DNA from: Nemertoderma westbladi
Lineage: Eukaryota; Animalia; Xenacoelomorpha
Direction of reading: 5' to 3'
Assembly: GCA_032718475.1 (NCBI GenBank)
Contig: JAUCBJ010007689.1
Coordinates: forward strand, 25,271-89,270
DNA length: 64,000 bases
In this document: in pieces, positions 1-15,673 of the stretch
Position numbering within the stretch: position 1 is the stretch's first letter
Layout of the letters: each line of letters opens with the position of its first letter
Program-made: the position numbers and the translations under genes
The notes under the pieces: generated by a model
The model's database searches: none
What the model was told of the DNA's origin: nothing
The model's input: the letters and a program-made list of their open reading frames with translations, nothing else

Positions 1-3000
1 CCAGGTAGATGCATCTGATGTACTGGCTGGACTACTGGTTCGGTATTACCAGGTAGATGCATCTGATGTACCGGCTGGTCTACTGGTTCGGCATTACCAG
101 TATCTGCGTCGGATGTACCGGATGGTCTACTGGCTCAGCATTACTAGCAGATGCGTCGGTTGTACCGTCTGGTCTACTGGTTTGGTATTATAATGTACCG
201 GCTGGTCTACTGGCTCAGCATTACTAGTAGATGCGTCGGATGTACCGGCTGGTCTACTGGTTCGGTATTATAATATACCAGCTGGTCTACTGGTTCGGCA
301 TTACCAGTAGATGCGTCGGATGTACTGGCTGGACTACTGGCTCAGCATTACCAGGTAGATGCATCTGATGTACCGGCTGGACTACTGGTTCGGTATTACC
401 AGGTAGATGCATCTGATATACTGGCTGGTCTACTGGTTCGGCATTACCAGTATCTGCGTCGGATGTACCGGATGGTCTACTGGCTCAGCATTACTAGTAG
501 ATGCGTCGGATGTACCGTCTGGTCTACTGGTTTGGTATTATAATGTACCGGCTGGTCTACTGGCTCAGCATTACTAGTAGATGCGTCGGATGAACTGGCT
601 GGTCTACTGGCTCGGCATTACCAGTAGATGCGTCGGATGTACTGGCTGGACTACTGGCTCAGCATTACCAGGTAGATGCGTCGGATGTACCAGCTGGTCT
701 ACTGGTTCGGTATTATAATGTACCGGCTGGTCTACTGGCTCAGCATTACTAGTAGATGCGTCGGATGTACTGGCTGGTCTACTGGTTCGGTATTACCAGG
801 TAGATACATCGAATGTACTGGCTGGTCTACTGGCTCAGCATTACTAGTAGATGCGTCGGATGTACTGGCTGGTCTACTGGTTCGGTATTATAATGTACCG
901 GCTGGTCTACTGGCTCAGCATTACTAGTAGATGCGTCGGATGTACCGGCTGGTCTACTGGTTCGGTATTATAATATACCAGCTGGTCTACTGGTTCGGCA
1001 TTACCAGTAGATGCGTCGGATGTACTGGCTGGACTACTGGCTCAGCATTACCAGGTAGATGCATCTGATGTACCGGCTGGACTACTGGTTCGGTATTACC
1101 AGGTAGATGCATCTGATATACTGGCTGGTCTACTGGTTCGGCATTACCAGTATCTGCGTCGGATGTACCGGATGGTCTACTGGCTCAGCATTACTAGTAG
1201 ATGCGTCGGATGTACCGTCTGGTCTACTGGTTTGGTATTATAATGTACCGGCTGGTCTACTGGCTCAGCATTACTAGTAGATGCGTCGGATGAACTGGCT
1301 GGTCTACTGGCTCGGCATTACCAGTAGATGCGTCGGATGTACTGGCTGGACTACTGGCTCAGCATTACCAGGTAGATGCGTCGGATGTACCAGCTGGTCT
1401 ACTGGTTCGGTATTATAATGTACCGGCTGGTCTACTGGCTCAGCATTACTAGTAGATGCGTCGGATGTACTGGCTGGTCTACTGGTTCGGTATTACCAGG
1501 TAGATACATCGAATGTACTGGCTGGTCTACTGGCTCAGCATTACTAGTAGATGCGTCGGATGTACTGGCTGGTCTACTGGTTCGGTATTATAATGTACCG
1601 GCTGGTCTACTGGTTGGACATTACCAGTAGATGCGTTGGATGTACTGGCTGGACTACTGGTTCGGTATTACCAGGTAGATGCATCTGATGTACCGGCTGG
1701 TCTACTGGCTCAGCATTACCAGTAGATGCGTCTGATGTACTGGCTGTACTACTGGTTCGGTATTACCAGGTAGATACATCGGATGTACCGGCTGGTCTAC
1801 TGGCTCAGCATTACTAGTAGATGCCTCGGATGTACCGTCTGGTCTACTGGTTTGGTATTACCAGGTAGATACATCGGATGTACCGGCTGGTCTACTGGCT
1901 CAGCATTACTAGTAGATGCTTTGGATGTACTGGCTGGTCTACTGGCTCGGCATTTCCAGTAGATGCATCGGATGTACTGGCTGGTCTACTGGCTCAGCAT
2001 TTCCAGTAGATGCATCGGATGAACCGGCTGGTCTACTGGTTCGGTATTATAATGTACCGGCTGGTCTACTGGTTGGACATTACCAGTAGATGCGTTGGAT
2101 GTACTGGCTGGACTACTGGTTCGGTATTACCAGGTAGATGCATCTGATGTACCGGCTGGTCTACTGGCTCAGCATTACCAGTAGATGCGTCTGATGTACT
2201 GGCTGGACTACTGGTTCGGTATTACCAGGTAGATACATCGGATGTACCGGCTGGTCTACTGGCTCGGCATTTCCAGTAGATGCGTCGGATGTACTGGCTG
2301 GACTACTGGCTCAGCATTACCAGTAGATGCGTCTGATGTACTGGCTGGACTACTGGTTCGGTATTACCAGGTAGATACATCGGATGTACCGGCTGGTCTA
2401 CTGGCTCGGCATTTCCAGTAGATGCGTCGGATGTACCAGCTGGTCTACTGGTTCGGTATTATAATGTACCGGCTGGTCTACTGGTTCTGCATTACCAGGT
2501 AGATACGTCGGATGTACCGGCTGGACTACTGGCTCGGCATTAACAGTAGATGCATCCAATGTACCGACTGGTCTACTGGTTCGGAATTATAATGTACCAG
2601 CTGGTCTACTGGTTCGGCATTACCAGGTAGATACGTCGGATGTACCGGCTGGTCTACTGGTTTGGCATTACCATTATCTGCGTCGGATGTACCGGCTGGT
2701 CTACTGGTTCGGCATTACCAGGTAGATATGTCGGATGTACCGGCTGGACTACTGGCTCGACATTACCAGTAGATGCATCCAATGTACCGGCTGGTCTACT
2801 GGTTCGGTATTATAATGTACCGGCTGGACTACTGGTTCAGCATTACCAGTTGATGCGTCGGATGTACCGGCTGGTCTACTGGTTCGGTATTATAATGTAC
2901 TGGCTGGTCTACTGGTTGGACATTACCAGTAGATGCGTTGGATGTACTGGCTGGTCTACTGGTTCGGCATTACAGTATAATGTACCGGCTGGTCTACTGG

Positions 3001-6000
3001 CTCAGCATTGCCAGTAGATGCGTCGGATGTACCGGCTGGACTACTGGCTCGGCATTACCAGTAGATGCATCCAATGTACCGGCTGGTCTACTGGTTCGGT
3101 ATTATAATGTACTGGCTGGTCTACTGGTTCAGCATTACCAGTAGATGCGTCGGATGTACTGGCTGGACTACTGGCTCAGCATTACCAGGTAGATGCGTCG
3201 GATGTACCGGCTGGTCTACTGGTTCGGTATTATAATGTACTGGCTGGACTACTGGTTCGGTATTACCAGGTAGATGCATCTGATGTACCGGCTGGTCTAC
3301 TGGCTCAGCATTACCAGTAGATGCATCCAATGTACTGGCTGGTCTACTGGTTCAGTATTATAATGTACCGGCTGGTCTACTGGTTGGACATTACCAGTAG
3401 ATGCGTCGGATGTACCGGCTGGTCTACTGGCTCAGCATTACCAGGTAGATGCGTCGGATGTACCGGCTGGTCTACTGGTTCGGTATTATAATGTACCGGC
3501 TGGTCTACTGGCTCACCATTACTAGTAGATGCGTCGGATGTACCGGCTGGTCTACTGGTTCGGTATTACCAGGTAAATACATCAGATGTACCGGCTGGTC
3601 TACTGGCTCAGCATTACCAGTAGATGCGTCGGATGTACCGGCTGGTCTACTGGTTCGGTATTATAATATACCGGCTAGACTACTGGTTCGGTATTACCAG
3701 GTAGATGCATCTGATGTACCCGCTGGTCTACTGGCTCAGCATTACCAGTAGATGCATCCAATGTACCGGCTGGTCTACTGGTTCGGTATTATAATGTACC
3801 GGCTGGTCTACTGGTTGGCCATTACCAGTAGATGTGTCGGATGTACTGGCTGGACTACTGGCTCAGCATTACTAGTAGATGCGTCGGATGTACCGGCTGG
3901 TCTACTGGTTCGGTATTACCAGGTAGATACATCGGATGTACCGGCTGGTCTACTGGCTCAGCATTACTAGTAGATGCGTCGGATGTACCGGCTGGTCTAC
4001 TGGTTTGGTATTACCAGGTAGATACATCAGATGTACCAGCTGGTCTACTGGCTCAGCATTACTAGTAGATGCGTCGGATGTACCGGCTGGTCTACTATCT
4101 CGGCATTACCAGTAGATGCGTCGCATGTACTTGCTGGACTACTGGCTCAGCATTACAAGTAGATGCATCCGATGTACCGGCTGGTCTACTGGTTCGTTAT
4201 TATAATGTACCGGCTGGTCTACTGATTGGACATTACCAGTAGATGCGTTGGATGTACTGGCTGGACTACTGGTTCGGTATTACCAGGTAGATGCATCTGA
4301 TGTACCGGCTGGTCTACTGGCTCAGCATTACCAGTAGATGCGTTTGATGTACTGGCTGGACTACTGGTTCGGTATTACCAGGTAGATACATCGGATGTAC
4401 CGGCTGGTCTACTGGTTGGCCATTACCAGTAGATGTGTCGGATGTACTGGCTGGACTACTGGCTCAGCATTACTAGTAGATGCGTCGGATGTACCGGCTG
4501 GTCTACTGGTTCGGTATTACCAGGTAGATACATCGGATGTACCGGCTGGTCTACTGGCTCAGCATTACTAGTAGATGCGTCGGATGTACCGGCTGGTCTA
4601 CTGGTTTGGTATTACCAGGTAGATACATCAGATGTACCAGCTGGTCTACTGGCTCAGCATTACTAGTAGATGCGTCGGATGTACCGGCTGGTCTACTATC
4701 TCGGCATTACCAGTAGATGCGTCGCATGTACTTGCTGGACTACTGGCTCAGCATTACAAGTAGATGCATCCGATGTACCGGCTGGTCTACTGGTTCGTTA
4801 TTATAATGTACCGGCTGGTCTACTGATTGGACATTACCAGTAGATGCGTTGGATGTACTGGCTGGACTACTGGCTCAGCATTACCAGGTAGATGCATCTG
4901 ATGTACCGGCTGGTCTACTGGCTCAGCATTACCAGTAGATGCGTTTGATGTACTGGCTGGACTACTGGTTCGGTATTACCAGGTAGATACATCGGATGTA
5001 CCGGCTGGTCTACTGGCTCAGCATTACTAGTAGATGCTTCGGATGTACTGGCTGGTCTACTGGCTCGGCATTTCCAGTAGATGCATCGGATGTAATGGCT
5101 GGTCTACTGGCTCGGCATGTCCAGTAGATGCATCGGATGAACCGGCTGGTCTACTGGCTCAGCATTACTAGTAGATGCTTCGGATGTACTGGCTGGTCTA
5201 CTGGCTCGGCATTTCCAGTAGATGCATCGGATGTACTGGCTGGTCTACTAGCTCGGCATTTCCAGTAGATGCATCTGATGTACCGGCTGGTCTACTGGCT
5301 CAGCATTACCAGTAGATGCGTCTGATGTACTGGCTGGACTACTGGTTCGGTATTACCAGGTAGATCATCAGATGTACCGGCTGGTCTACTGGCTCGGCAT
5401 TTCCAGTAGATGCGTTGGATGTATCGGCTGGACTACTGGCTCAGTATTACCAGTAGATGCATCCAATGTACCTGCTGGTCTACTGGTTCGGTATTATAAT
5501 GTACCAGCTGGTCTACTGGTTCGGCATTACCAGTATCTGCGTCGGATGTACCAGCTGGTCTACTGGTTCGGAATTAGAAGTAGATGCCTCGGATGTACCG
5601 GCTGGTCTACTGGTTCGGTATTACAGTATAATGTACCGGCTCGTCTACTGGCTCGGCATTACCAGTAGATGCGTCGGATGTACTGGCTGGACTACTGGCT
5701 CGGCAGTACCAGTAGATGCATCCAATGTACCGGCTGGTCTACTGGTTCGGTATTATAATGTACTGGCTGGTCTACTGGTTCGGCATTACCAGTAGATGCG
5801 TCAGATGTACTGGCTGGACTACTGGCTCAGCATTACCAGGTAGATGCTTCGGATGTACCGGCTGGTCTACTGGTTCGGTATTATAATGTACTGGCTGGAC
5901 TACTGGTTCGGTATTACCAGGTAGATGCATCTGATGTACCGGCTGGTCTACTGGCTCAGCATTACCAGTAGATGCTTCGGATGTACCGGCTGGTCTACTG

Positions 6001-9000
6001 GTTCAGTATTATAATGTACCGGCTGGTCTACTGGTTGGACATTACCAGTAGATGCGTCGGATGTACTGGCTGGACTACTGGCTCAGCATTACCAGGTAGA
6101 TGCGTCGGATGTACCGGCTGGTCTACTGGTTCGGTATTATAATGTACCGGCTGGTCTACTGGCTCACCATTACTAGTAGATGCGTCGGATGTACCGGCTG
6201 GTCTACTGGTTCGGTATTACCAGGTAAATACATCGGATGTACCAGCTGGTCTACTGGCTCAGCATTACTAGTAGATGCGTCGGATGTACCGGCTGGTCTA
6301 CTGGTTCGGTATTACCAGGTAGATACATCGGATGTACCGGCTGGACTACTGGCTCAGCATTACTAGTAGATGCGTCGGATGTACCGGCTGGTCTACTGGT
6401 TTGGTATTACCAGGTAGATACATCGGATGTACCGGCTTGTCTACTGGCTCAGCATTACTATTAGATGCGTCGGATGTACCGGCTGGTCTACTAGCTCGGC
6501 ATTACCAGTATCTGCGTCGGATGTACCGGCTGGACTACTGGTTCGGTATTATAATGTACCGGCTGGACTACTGGCTCAGCATTACCAGTAGATGCATCCG
6601 ATGTACTGGCTGGTCTACTAGTTCGGTATTATAATGTACTGGCTGGTCTACTGGCTCAGCATTACCAGTAGATGCATCCGATGTACTGGCTGGTCTACTG
6701 GTTCGGTATTATAATGTACCGGCTGGACTACTGGCTCAGCATTACCAGTAGATGCATCCGATGTACTGGGTGGTCTACTGGTTCGGTATTATAATGTACC
6801 GGCTGGTCTACTGGCTCAGCATTACCAGTAGATGCGTCGGATATACCGGCTGGACTACTGGCTCAGCATTACCAGTAGATGCATCCGATGTACTGGGTGG
6901 TCTACTGGTTCGGTATTATAATGTACCGGCTGGTCTACTGGTTCGGCATTACCAGGTAGATACGTCGGATGTACCGGCTGGTCTACTGGTTCGGCATTAC
7001 AAGTATCTGCGTCGGATGTACCAGCTGATCTACTGGTTCGGAATTAGAAGTAGATGCCTCGGATGTACTGGCTGGTCTACTGGTTCGGTATTACAGTATA
7101 ATGTACCGGCTGGTCTACTGGCTCGGCATTACCAGTAGATGCGTCGGATGTACTGGCTGGACTACTGGCTCGGCAGTACCAGTAGATGCATCCAATGTAC
7201 CGGCTGGTCTACTGGTTCGGTATTATAATGTACTGGCTGGTCTACTGGTTCGGCATTACCAGTAGATGCGTCGGATGTACTGTCTGGACTACTGGCTGAG
7301 CATTACCAGGTAGATGCTTCGGATGTACCGGCTGGTCTACTGGTTCGGTATTATAATGTACTGGCTGGACTACTGGCTCAGCATTACCAGTAGATGCATC
7401 CAATGTACCGGCTGGTCTACTGGTTCGGTATTACCAGGTAGATGCATCTGATGTACCGGCTGGTCTACTGGCTCAGCATTACCAGTAGATGCATCCAATG
7501 TACCGGCTGGTCTATTGGTTCAATATTATAATGTACCGGCTGGTCTACTGGTTGGACATTACCAGTAGATGCGTCGGATGTACTGGCTGGACTACTGGCT
7601 CAGCATTACCAGGTAGATGCGTCGGATGTACCGGCTGGTCTACTGGTTCGGTATTATAATGTACTGGCTGGTCTACTGGCTCACCATTACTAGTAGATGC
7701 GTCGGATGTACGGGCTGGTCTACTGGTTCGGTATTACCAGGTAAATACATCGGATGTACTGGCTGGTCTACTGGCTCAGCATTACCAGTAGATGCGTCGG
7801 ATGTACCGGCTGGTCTACTGGTTCGGTATTATAATGTACCGGCTGGACTACTGGCTCAGCATTACTAGTAGATGTGTCGGATGTACCGGCTGGTCTACTG
7901 GTTTGGTATTACCAGGTAGATACATCGGATGTACCGGCTTGTCTACTGGCTCAGCATTACTAGTAGATGCGTCGGATGTACCGGCTGGTCTACTAGCTCG
8001 GCATTACCAGTATCTGCGTCGGATGTACCGGCTGGACTACTGGCTCAGCATTACCAGTAGATGCATCCGATGTACTGGCTGGTCTACTGGTTCGGTATTA
8101 TAATGTACCGGCTGGTCTACTAGCTCAGCATTACTAGTAGATGCGTCGGATGTACCGGCTGGTCTACTAGCTCGGCATTACCAGTATCTGCGTCGGATGT
8201 ACCGGCTGGAGTACTGGTTCGGTATTATAATGTACCGGCTGGACTACTGGCTCAGCATTGCCAGTAGATGCGTCGGATGTACCGGTTGGACTACTGGCTC
8301 AGCATTACCAGTAGATGCATCCGATGTACTGGCTGGTCTACTGGTTCGGTATTATAATGTACCGGCTGGTCTACTGGCTCAGCATTACTAGTAGATGCGT
8401 CGGATGTACCGGCTGGTCTACTAGCTCGGCATTACCAGTATCTGCGTCGGATGTACCGGCTGGACTACTGGTTCGGTATTATAATGTACCGGCTGGACTA
8501 CTGGCTCAGCATTACCAATAGATGCATCGGATGTACTGGCTGGACTACTGGTTCGGTATTACCAGTAGATACATCGGATGTACCGGCTGGTCTACTGGCT
8601 CGGTATTACCAGTAGATGCATCGGATGTACTGGCTGGACTACTGGTTCGGTATTACCAGTAGATGCGTCGGATGTACCGGATGGTCTACTGGTTCGGTAT
8701 TATAATGTACCGGCTGGTCTACTGGCTCAGCATTACCAATAGATGCGTTGGATGTACCGGCTGGTCTACTGGCTCGGTATTCCCAGTAGATGCGTCGGAT
8801 GTTCTGGCTGGACTACTGGTTCAGTATTACCAGTAGATACATCGGATGTACCGGCTGGTCTACTGGCTCGGTATTACCAGTAGATGCATCGGATGTACTG
8901 GCTGGACTACTGGTTCGGTATTACCAGTAGATGCGTCGGATGTACCGGATGGTCTACTGGTTCGGTATTATAATGTACCGGCTGGTCTACTGGCTCAGCA

Positions 9001-12000
9001 TTACCAATAGATTCGTTGGATGTACCGGCTGGTCTACTGGCTCGGTATTACCAGTAGATGCGTCGGATGTTCTGGCTGGACTACTGGTTCAGTATTACCA
9101 GTAGATGCGTCGGATGTACCGGATGGTCTACTGGTTCGGTATTACCAGTAGATGCGTCGGATGTACCGGATGGTCTACTGGTTCGGTATTACCAGGTAGA
9201 TGCGTCGGATTTACCAGATGGTCTACTGGTTCGGTATTACCAGTAGATGCGTCGGATGTACCGGATGGTCTACTAGCTCGGCATTACCAGTATCTGCGTC
9301 GGATGTACTGGCTGGTCTACTGGTTCGGTATTACCAGGTAGATACATCGGATGTACCAGCTGATCTACTGGTTCGGTATTACCAGTAGATGCGTCGGATG
9401 TACTGGCTGGTCTACTGGTTCGGTATTACCAGGTAGATACATCGGATGTACCGGATGGTCTACTGGTTCGGTATTACCACTAGATGCGTCGGATGTACTG
9501 GCTGGACTACTGGTTCGGTATTACCAGTAGATGCGTCGGATGTACCGGATGGTCTACTGGTTCGGTATTACCAGGTAGATGCGTCGGATGTACCGGATGG
9601 TCTACTGGTTCGGTATTACCAGTAGATGCGTCGGATGTACCGGATGGTCTACTAGCTCGGCATTACCAGTATCTGCGTCGGATGTACCGGCTGGACTACT
9701 GGCTCAGCATTACCAGTAGATGCATCCGATGTACTGGCTGGTCTACTGGTTCGGTATTATAATGTACCGGCTGGACTACTGGCTCAGCATTACCAGTAGA
9801 TGCATCCGATGTACTGGCTGGTCTACTGGTTCGGTATTATAATGTACCGGCTGGACTACTGGCTCAGTATTACCAGTAGATGCATCCAATGTACCGGCTG
9901 GTCTACTGGCTCAGCATTACCAGTAGATGCATCCAATGTACCGGCTGGTCTACTGGTTCGGTATTACCAGTAGATGCATCCAATGTACCGGCTGGTCTAC
10001 TGGCTCAGCATTACCAGTAGATGCATCCAATGTACTGGCTGGTCTACTGGTTCGGTATTATAATGTACCGGCTGGACTACTGGCTCAGTATTACCAGTAG
10101 ATGCATCCAATGTACCGGCTGGTCTACTGGCTCAGCATTACCAGTAGATGCATCGGATGTACCGGCTGGTCTACTGGTTCGGTATTACCAGTAGATGCGT
10201 TGGATGTATACTGGCTGGACTACTGGCTCGGCAGTACCAGTAGATGCATCCAATGTACTGGCTGGTCTACTGGTTCGGCATTATAATGTACCGGCTGGAC
10301 TACTGGCTCAGTATTACCAGTAGATGCATCCAATGTACCGGCTGGTCTACTGGCTCAGCATTACCAGTAGATGCATCCAATGTACCGGCTGGTCTACTGG
10401 CTCAGCATTACCAGTAGATGCATCGGATGTACCGGCTGGTCTACTGGTTCGGTATTACCAGGTAGATGCGTCGGATGTACCGGCTGGTCTACTGGCTCGG
10501 CAGTACCAGTAGATGCATCCAATGTACCGGCTGGTCTACTGGTTCGGTATTATAATGTACCGGCTGGTCTACTGGCTCAGCATTACCAGTAGATGTGTCG
10601 GATGTACCGGCTGGTCTACTGGTTCGGTATTACCAGTAGATGCATCCAATGTACCGGCTGGTCTACTGGTTCGGTATTACCAGGTAGATGCGTTGGATGT
10701 ATACTGGCTGGACTACTGGCTCGGCAGTACCAGTAGATGCATCCAATGTACCGGCTGGTCTACTGGTTCGGTATTATAATGTACCGGCTGGACTACTGGC
10801 TCAGTATTACCAGTAGATGCATCCAATGTACCGGCTGGTCTACTGGCTCAGCATTACCAGTAGATGCATCCAATGTACCGGCTGGTCTACTGGTTCGGTA
10901 TTACCAGTAGATGCATCGGATGTACCGGCTGGTCTACTGGTTCGGTATTACCAGTAGATGCGTTGGATGTACTGGCTGGACTACTGGCTCAGCATTGCCA
11001 GTAGATGCATCCAATGTACCGGCTGGTCTACTGGTTCGGTATTATAATGTACCGGCTGGTCTACTGGTTGGACATTACCAGTAGATGCGTTGGATGTACC
11101 GGCTGGTCTACTGGCTCAGCATTGCCAGTAGATGCATCCAATGTACCGGCTGGTCTACTGGTTCGGTATTATAATGTACCGGCTGGTCTACTGGTTGGAC
11201 ATTACCAGTAGATGCGTTGGATGTACTGGCTGGACTACTGGCTCAGCATTACCAGGTAGATGCGTCGGATGTACTGGCTGGTCTACTGGTTCGGTATTAT
11301 AATGTACCGGCTGGTCTACTGGCTCAGCATTACCAGGTAGATGCGTCGGATGTACCGGCTGGTCTACTGGCTCAGCATTACTAGTAGATGCTTCGGATGT
11401 ACCGGCTGGTCTACTGGCTCAGCATTACCAGGTAGATGCGTCGGATGTACCGGCTGGTCTACTGGCTCAGCATCACCACTAGATGCGTTGGATGTACCGG
11501 CTGGTCTACTGGTTCGGTATTATAATGTACCGGCTGGTCTACTGGCTCAGCATTACCAGGTAGATGCGTCGGATGTACCGGCTGGTCTACTGGCTCAGCA
11601 TTACTAGTAGATGCTTCGGATGTACCGGCTGGTCTACTGGCTCAGCATTACTAGTAGATGCGTCGGATGTACCGGCTGGTCTACTGGCTCAGCATTACTA
11701 GTAGATGCTTCGGATGTACCGGCTGGTCTACTGGCTCAGCATTACCAGGTAGATGCGTTGGATGTACCGGCTGGTCTACTGGTTCGGTATTATAATGTAC
11801 CGGCTGGTCTACTGGCTCAGCATTACCAGGTAGATGCGTCGGATGTACCGGCTGGTCTACTGGCTCAGCATTACTAGTAGATGCTTCGGATGTACCGGCT
11901 GGTCTACTGGCTCAGCATTACCAGGTAGATGCGTCGGATGTACCGGCTGGTCTACTGGCTCAGCATTACCAGGTAGATGCGTCGGATGTACTGGCTGGTC

Positions 12001-12913
12001 TACTGGTTCGGTATTATAATGTACCGGCTGGTCTACTGGCTCAGCATTACCAGGTAGATGCGTCGGATGTACCGGCTGGTCTACTGGCTCAGCATTACTA
12101 GTAGATGCTTCGGATGTACCGGCTGGTCTACTGGCTCAGCATTACCAGGTAGATGCGTCGGATGTACCGGCTGGTCTACTGGCTCAGCATCACCACTAGA
12201 TGCGTTGGATGTACCGGCTGGTCTACTGGTTCGGTATTATAATGTACCGGCTGGTCTACTGGCTCAGCATTACCAGGTAGATGCGTCGGATGTACCGGCT
12301 GGTCTACTGGCTCAGCATTACTAGTAGATGCTTCGGATGTACCGGCTGGACTACTGGCTCAGCATTACCAGGTAGATGCGTCGGATGTACTGGCTGGTCT
12401 ACTGGTTCGGTATTATAATGTACCGGCTGGTCTACTGGCTCAGCATTACCAGGTAGATGCGTCGGATGTACCGGCTGGTCTACTGGCTCAGCATTACTAG
12501 TAGATGCTTCGGATGTACCGGCTGGTCTACTGGCTCAGCATTACCAGGTAGATGCGTCGGATGTACCGGCTGGTCTACTGGCTCAGCATTACCAGGTAGA
12601 TGCGTCGGATGTACTGGCTGGTCTACTGGCTCAGCATTACTAGTAGATGCTTCGGATGTACCGGCTGGTCTACTGGCTCAGCATTACCAGGTAGATGCTT
12701 CGGATGTACCGGCTGGTCTACTGGCTCAGCATTACCAGGTAGATGCTTCGGATGTACCGGCTGGTCTACTGGCTCAGCATTACCAGGTAGATGCGTCGGA
12801 TGTACCGGCTGGTCTACTGGCTCAGCATTACCAGGTAGATGCGTCGGATGTACCGGCTGGTCTACTGGCTCAGCATCACCACTAGATGCGTTGGATGTAC
12901 CGGCTGGTCTACT
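1..12913. repeat. Tandem satellite of mixed 47/48-bp and 33-bp (occasionally 38-bp) monomers with higher-order repeats; runs off the left edge of the window
   Basis: Core ATGTACCGGCTGGTCTACTGG(C/T)TC(A/G)G(C/T)ATTA repeats without a break. It is followed by CCAG(G)TAGATGCGTCGG (47/48 bp) or by TA (33 bp). Near-identical ORF translations recur at offsets of 700, 601 and 717 bp. Confidence 0.98.
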
Positions 12914-15400
12914 AACTGCAGGGTGGATATTGATATTATGGACATGGCGCAACGGATGTTGTATCGCAACTGTACCGGGCAGTATCGCGGTAGGCCTACT
13001 GATAAAACGTAACTACTACGCATTTGTATGCTAGGGGTTTATCCCGGCGGGACTAAAAGTATATACACACCTATATACATCGTGTATATTAAAACTAGCA
13101 TCGACTAGATGAGCACCGGGGTGGCACGGATTGTATATTATTAAATATACCTCCGATCAGCTGACCACAGTGCTATCATTCCTGATTAACAGTTTTCAGA
13201 TACACAAGTTTATACCCAATATTGTTGTTCAGACTAATATTTAGCCGTTTATAAAATGTAAACACTAATTTAGTTCTGATATGGGTAATTTAATTATCGC
13301 ATTAGAGCGGTAGCCTATATATTTGTAAATTGTATGAGTTAATTATTAACCAGACTATAATAATTCAACACTACTGCGACCAATTTTGTTTCAAAGAGAC
13401 GAAATACAGTATGCATGTATATATACACAATAATACTTAAAAGATAATAAATTTTATTTAAATAGTAAATGAATAGCATTTCTAAATGTCCTGAAGGCTA
13501 TTAATAATAATGTTCAGTAAATCACCATATGTTTCTTCATGAGCCGTTAAAAAATGTCAGGTTTCCAATGTTCGAACGAAATTATTGAAATTTTATATTT
13601 GAAGATAATTTTAATGTTTTTTAATTTCTTCTTATTAATTTTTTTTAATTTCTTCTTATTAAGTGTTTTATAGCGCTTACTTCTATCGTATAACAGTACA
13701 GATTCTAATTCGTTTATTGTTTTGGTTAGATTCAGCCCTTCTTTAACCTGTGTTTTTAGGGAAAATGTCGTATTCACCACATGAATACCCACCAGTGAAA
13801 TAATACAGCAAAATTTCTGGTATACTTTAAATGGGCTTTATATAACTAACTACCTATTATATTAAATCAATGTAAAAAGCCGCAATTACAGGTTAATTTC
13901 ACCATCTTTCAAAAAATAATGCTGATAAAAACTTGTACTTAACAGTATGGAAAGTAAAACAATCTTTTTGATTATTTTTGATTAGCTACATATCACCAAT
14001 GGTCACTAATATCACTAATATACTTATCACTATACAGTAGGTGTTTATCTTTACATGGAATTATCCCCCGAAATGAAATAATAATTAATTAATAAACTTA
14101 AAAGTAATAAAACACTACTATATTACCTCGCGAATTTATAATGATTAGCAATACGTCGTTATATTGTTTAAAAGAAAATATATTTCAAAGATTTTCAAAT
14201 TCTATTTTAATGACTAGAAAATGTTCAAGTGGACGATAAATAATAATACGGCTTATAAGTCATTAGATTAGGATCGCAATCATTTTGAACTCGGGTGGGA
14301 TTAAGTTCATGCGTAGTGGTAGTAGTAAGAGATATTATTACCTAATTTAGTATTGACCACAAGGATGTTCTTATTCGAATGTTTTATGAATAATGTTGGC
14401 ATTGGCAACATATGGTGGTCTTATTAAAGTAAGTTTACGATACTGTAATGTAAAGAAGTAATGAGGATATGATATGCACATTGTATGTGAGTGCTATCGA
14501 TATGTTTATCACTTAAATTGCAGGTCGCAGGTTATTCGCTATATTTTATGCAGATTAATTATTTACTTATAATATAACTGGGGGGCTAACATTCTCTAGC
14601 TCCCATGAACGTTGCTACATTATTTTATACCATTAAGCGTTTATCACACACATATATCGGCGATGCGATATATACACGTTTTATATATTTGTAATTGTAA
14701 ATACCTTATGTAAATACATTAATAATACCGCCTTAAGTAATTAACACAAAAAAAGTATTCATTTAATCTATATAGTCTATTTATAAGCCTACATATATAC
14801 GACGACAGTTTATTTTAATTTGTCTCAGATATATTTATACAACAAATATATCTTATTAAGAAGACGACATTATTTTAATTTTTATTTTCTATTATAAAGC
14901 GGTTATTATATTTTCCTCTGTTTTGCCATATGTATCTTTTCTTTTGTTCAGCTGTATTTACTATTATGTTATCTGTAGCCGATACTAAATTATAAAATAA
15001 TAGACAGCAACTAATCCTCAATGAAGTAATATCAATTTATGATATTTAACAAAGTGCTATTTACCAAAATGACACTTCATTCTGTCATTCCTTAAATTAC
15101 AATGAAATGTAATCCAAGAGGTTATTAGTGAGTGATCTGTAGTCAGTATCTGATTGGTTGGATGACAATCGATTGCTACTGATCGCCGCCAGTACTCCCT
15201 AGTAATTAATACATAACCTATTACTGTTGTGTGCTGGTCACGTTATCTAAGTGTAGGGTACTAGGGTACTCACAGAGTTCTGCTACCTACTAATCTTAGA
15301 TTTGGAGATCTGTTGAAGACACCAAATATACAAATTAGTAATAATTTATTATTGGTGTTATCGTTATGGGTGAATGAGCGGTTTCAAGTTATTATAATTT

Positions 15401-15513
15401 TTTGTTGGGCACAGCTTTTGCAAAGTCGGCAATGACGTCCAGGTGAGATCGAACTGGTGACCTCCGGGTTGGAAGTCTGCGGTCTAACCATTCAGCTAGC
15501 GGCTCAGGTAAAA
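15401..15513 (-). pseudogene. tRNA-derived (SINE-head-like) sequence, left arm of an inverted pair
   Basis: The reverse complement reads TAGCTGAATGGTTAG (A box) ... CTTCCAA (TCC anticodon-like loop) ... GTTCGATC (B box). The stems pair poorly, so it is not a functional tRNA. Confidence 0.7.
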
Positions 15514-15673
15514 GTTAATTGTAGCGATTGGTTAAGACCTAAAGACGGCCATGTACTGTAGGGTTGAGCACAGTGGCAGCAAATGATGGTAGTGACAGCT
15601 AGACTAGATGGCAGTGTCATGAAGAGGTAAATTACGGACATACAAGGTATCAGATAGTATTTCCAGGTGTATA

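Noticed and set aside
676-13034. Dozens of short ORFs (MRRMYRLVYW..., CTGWSTGS...)
   Set aside because: They are translations of the satellite. The mixed 47/48/33-bp units shift frame constantly and stops are frequent.
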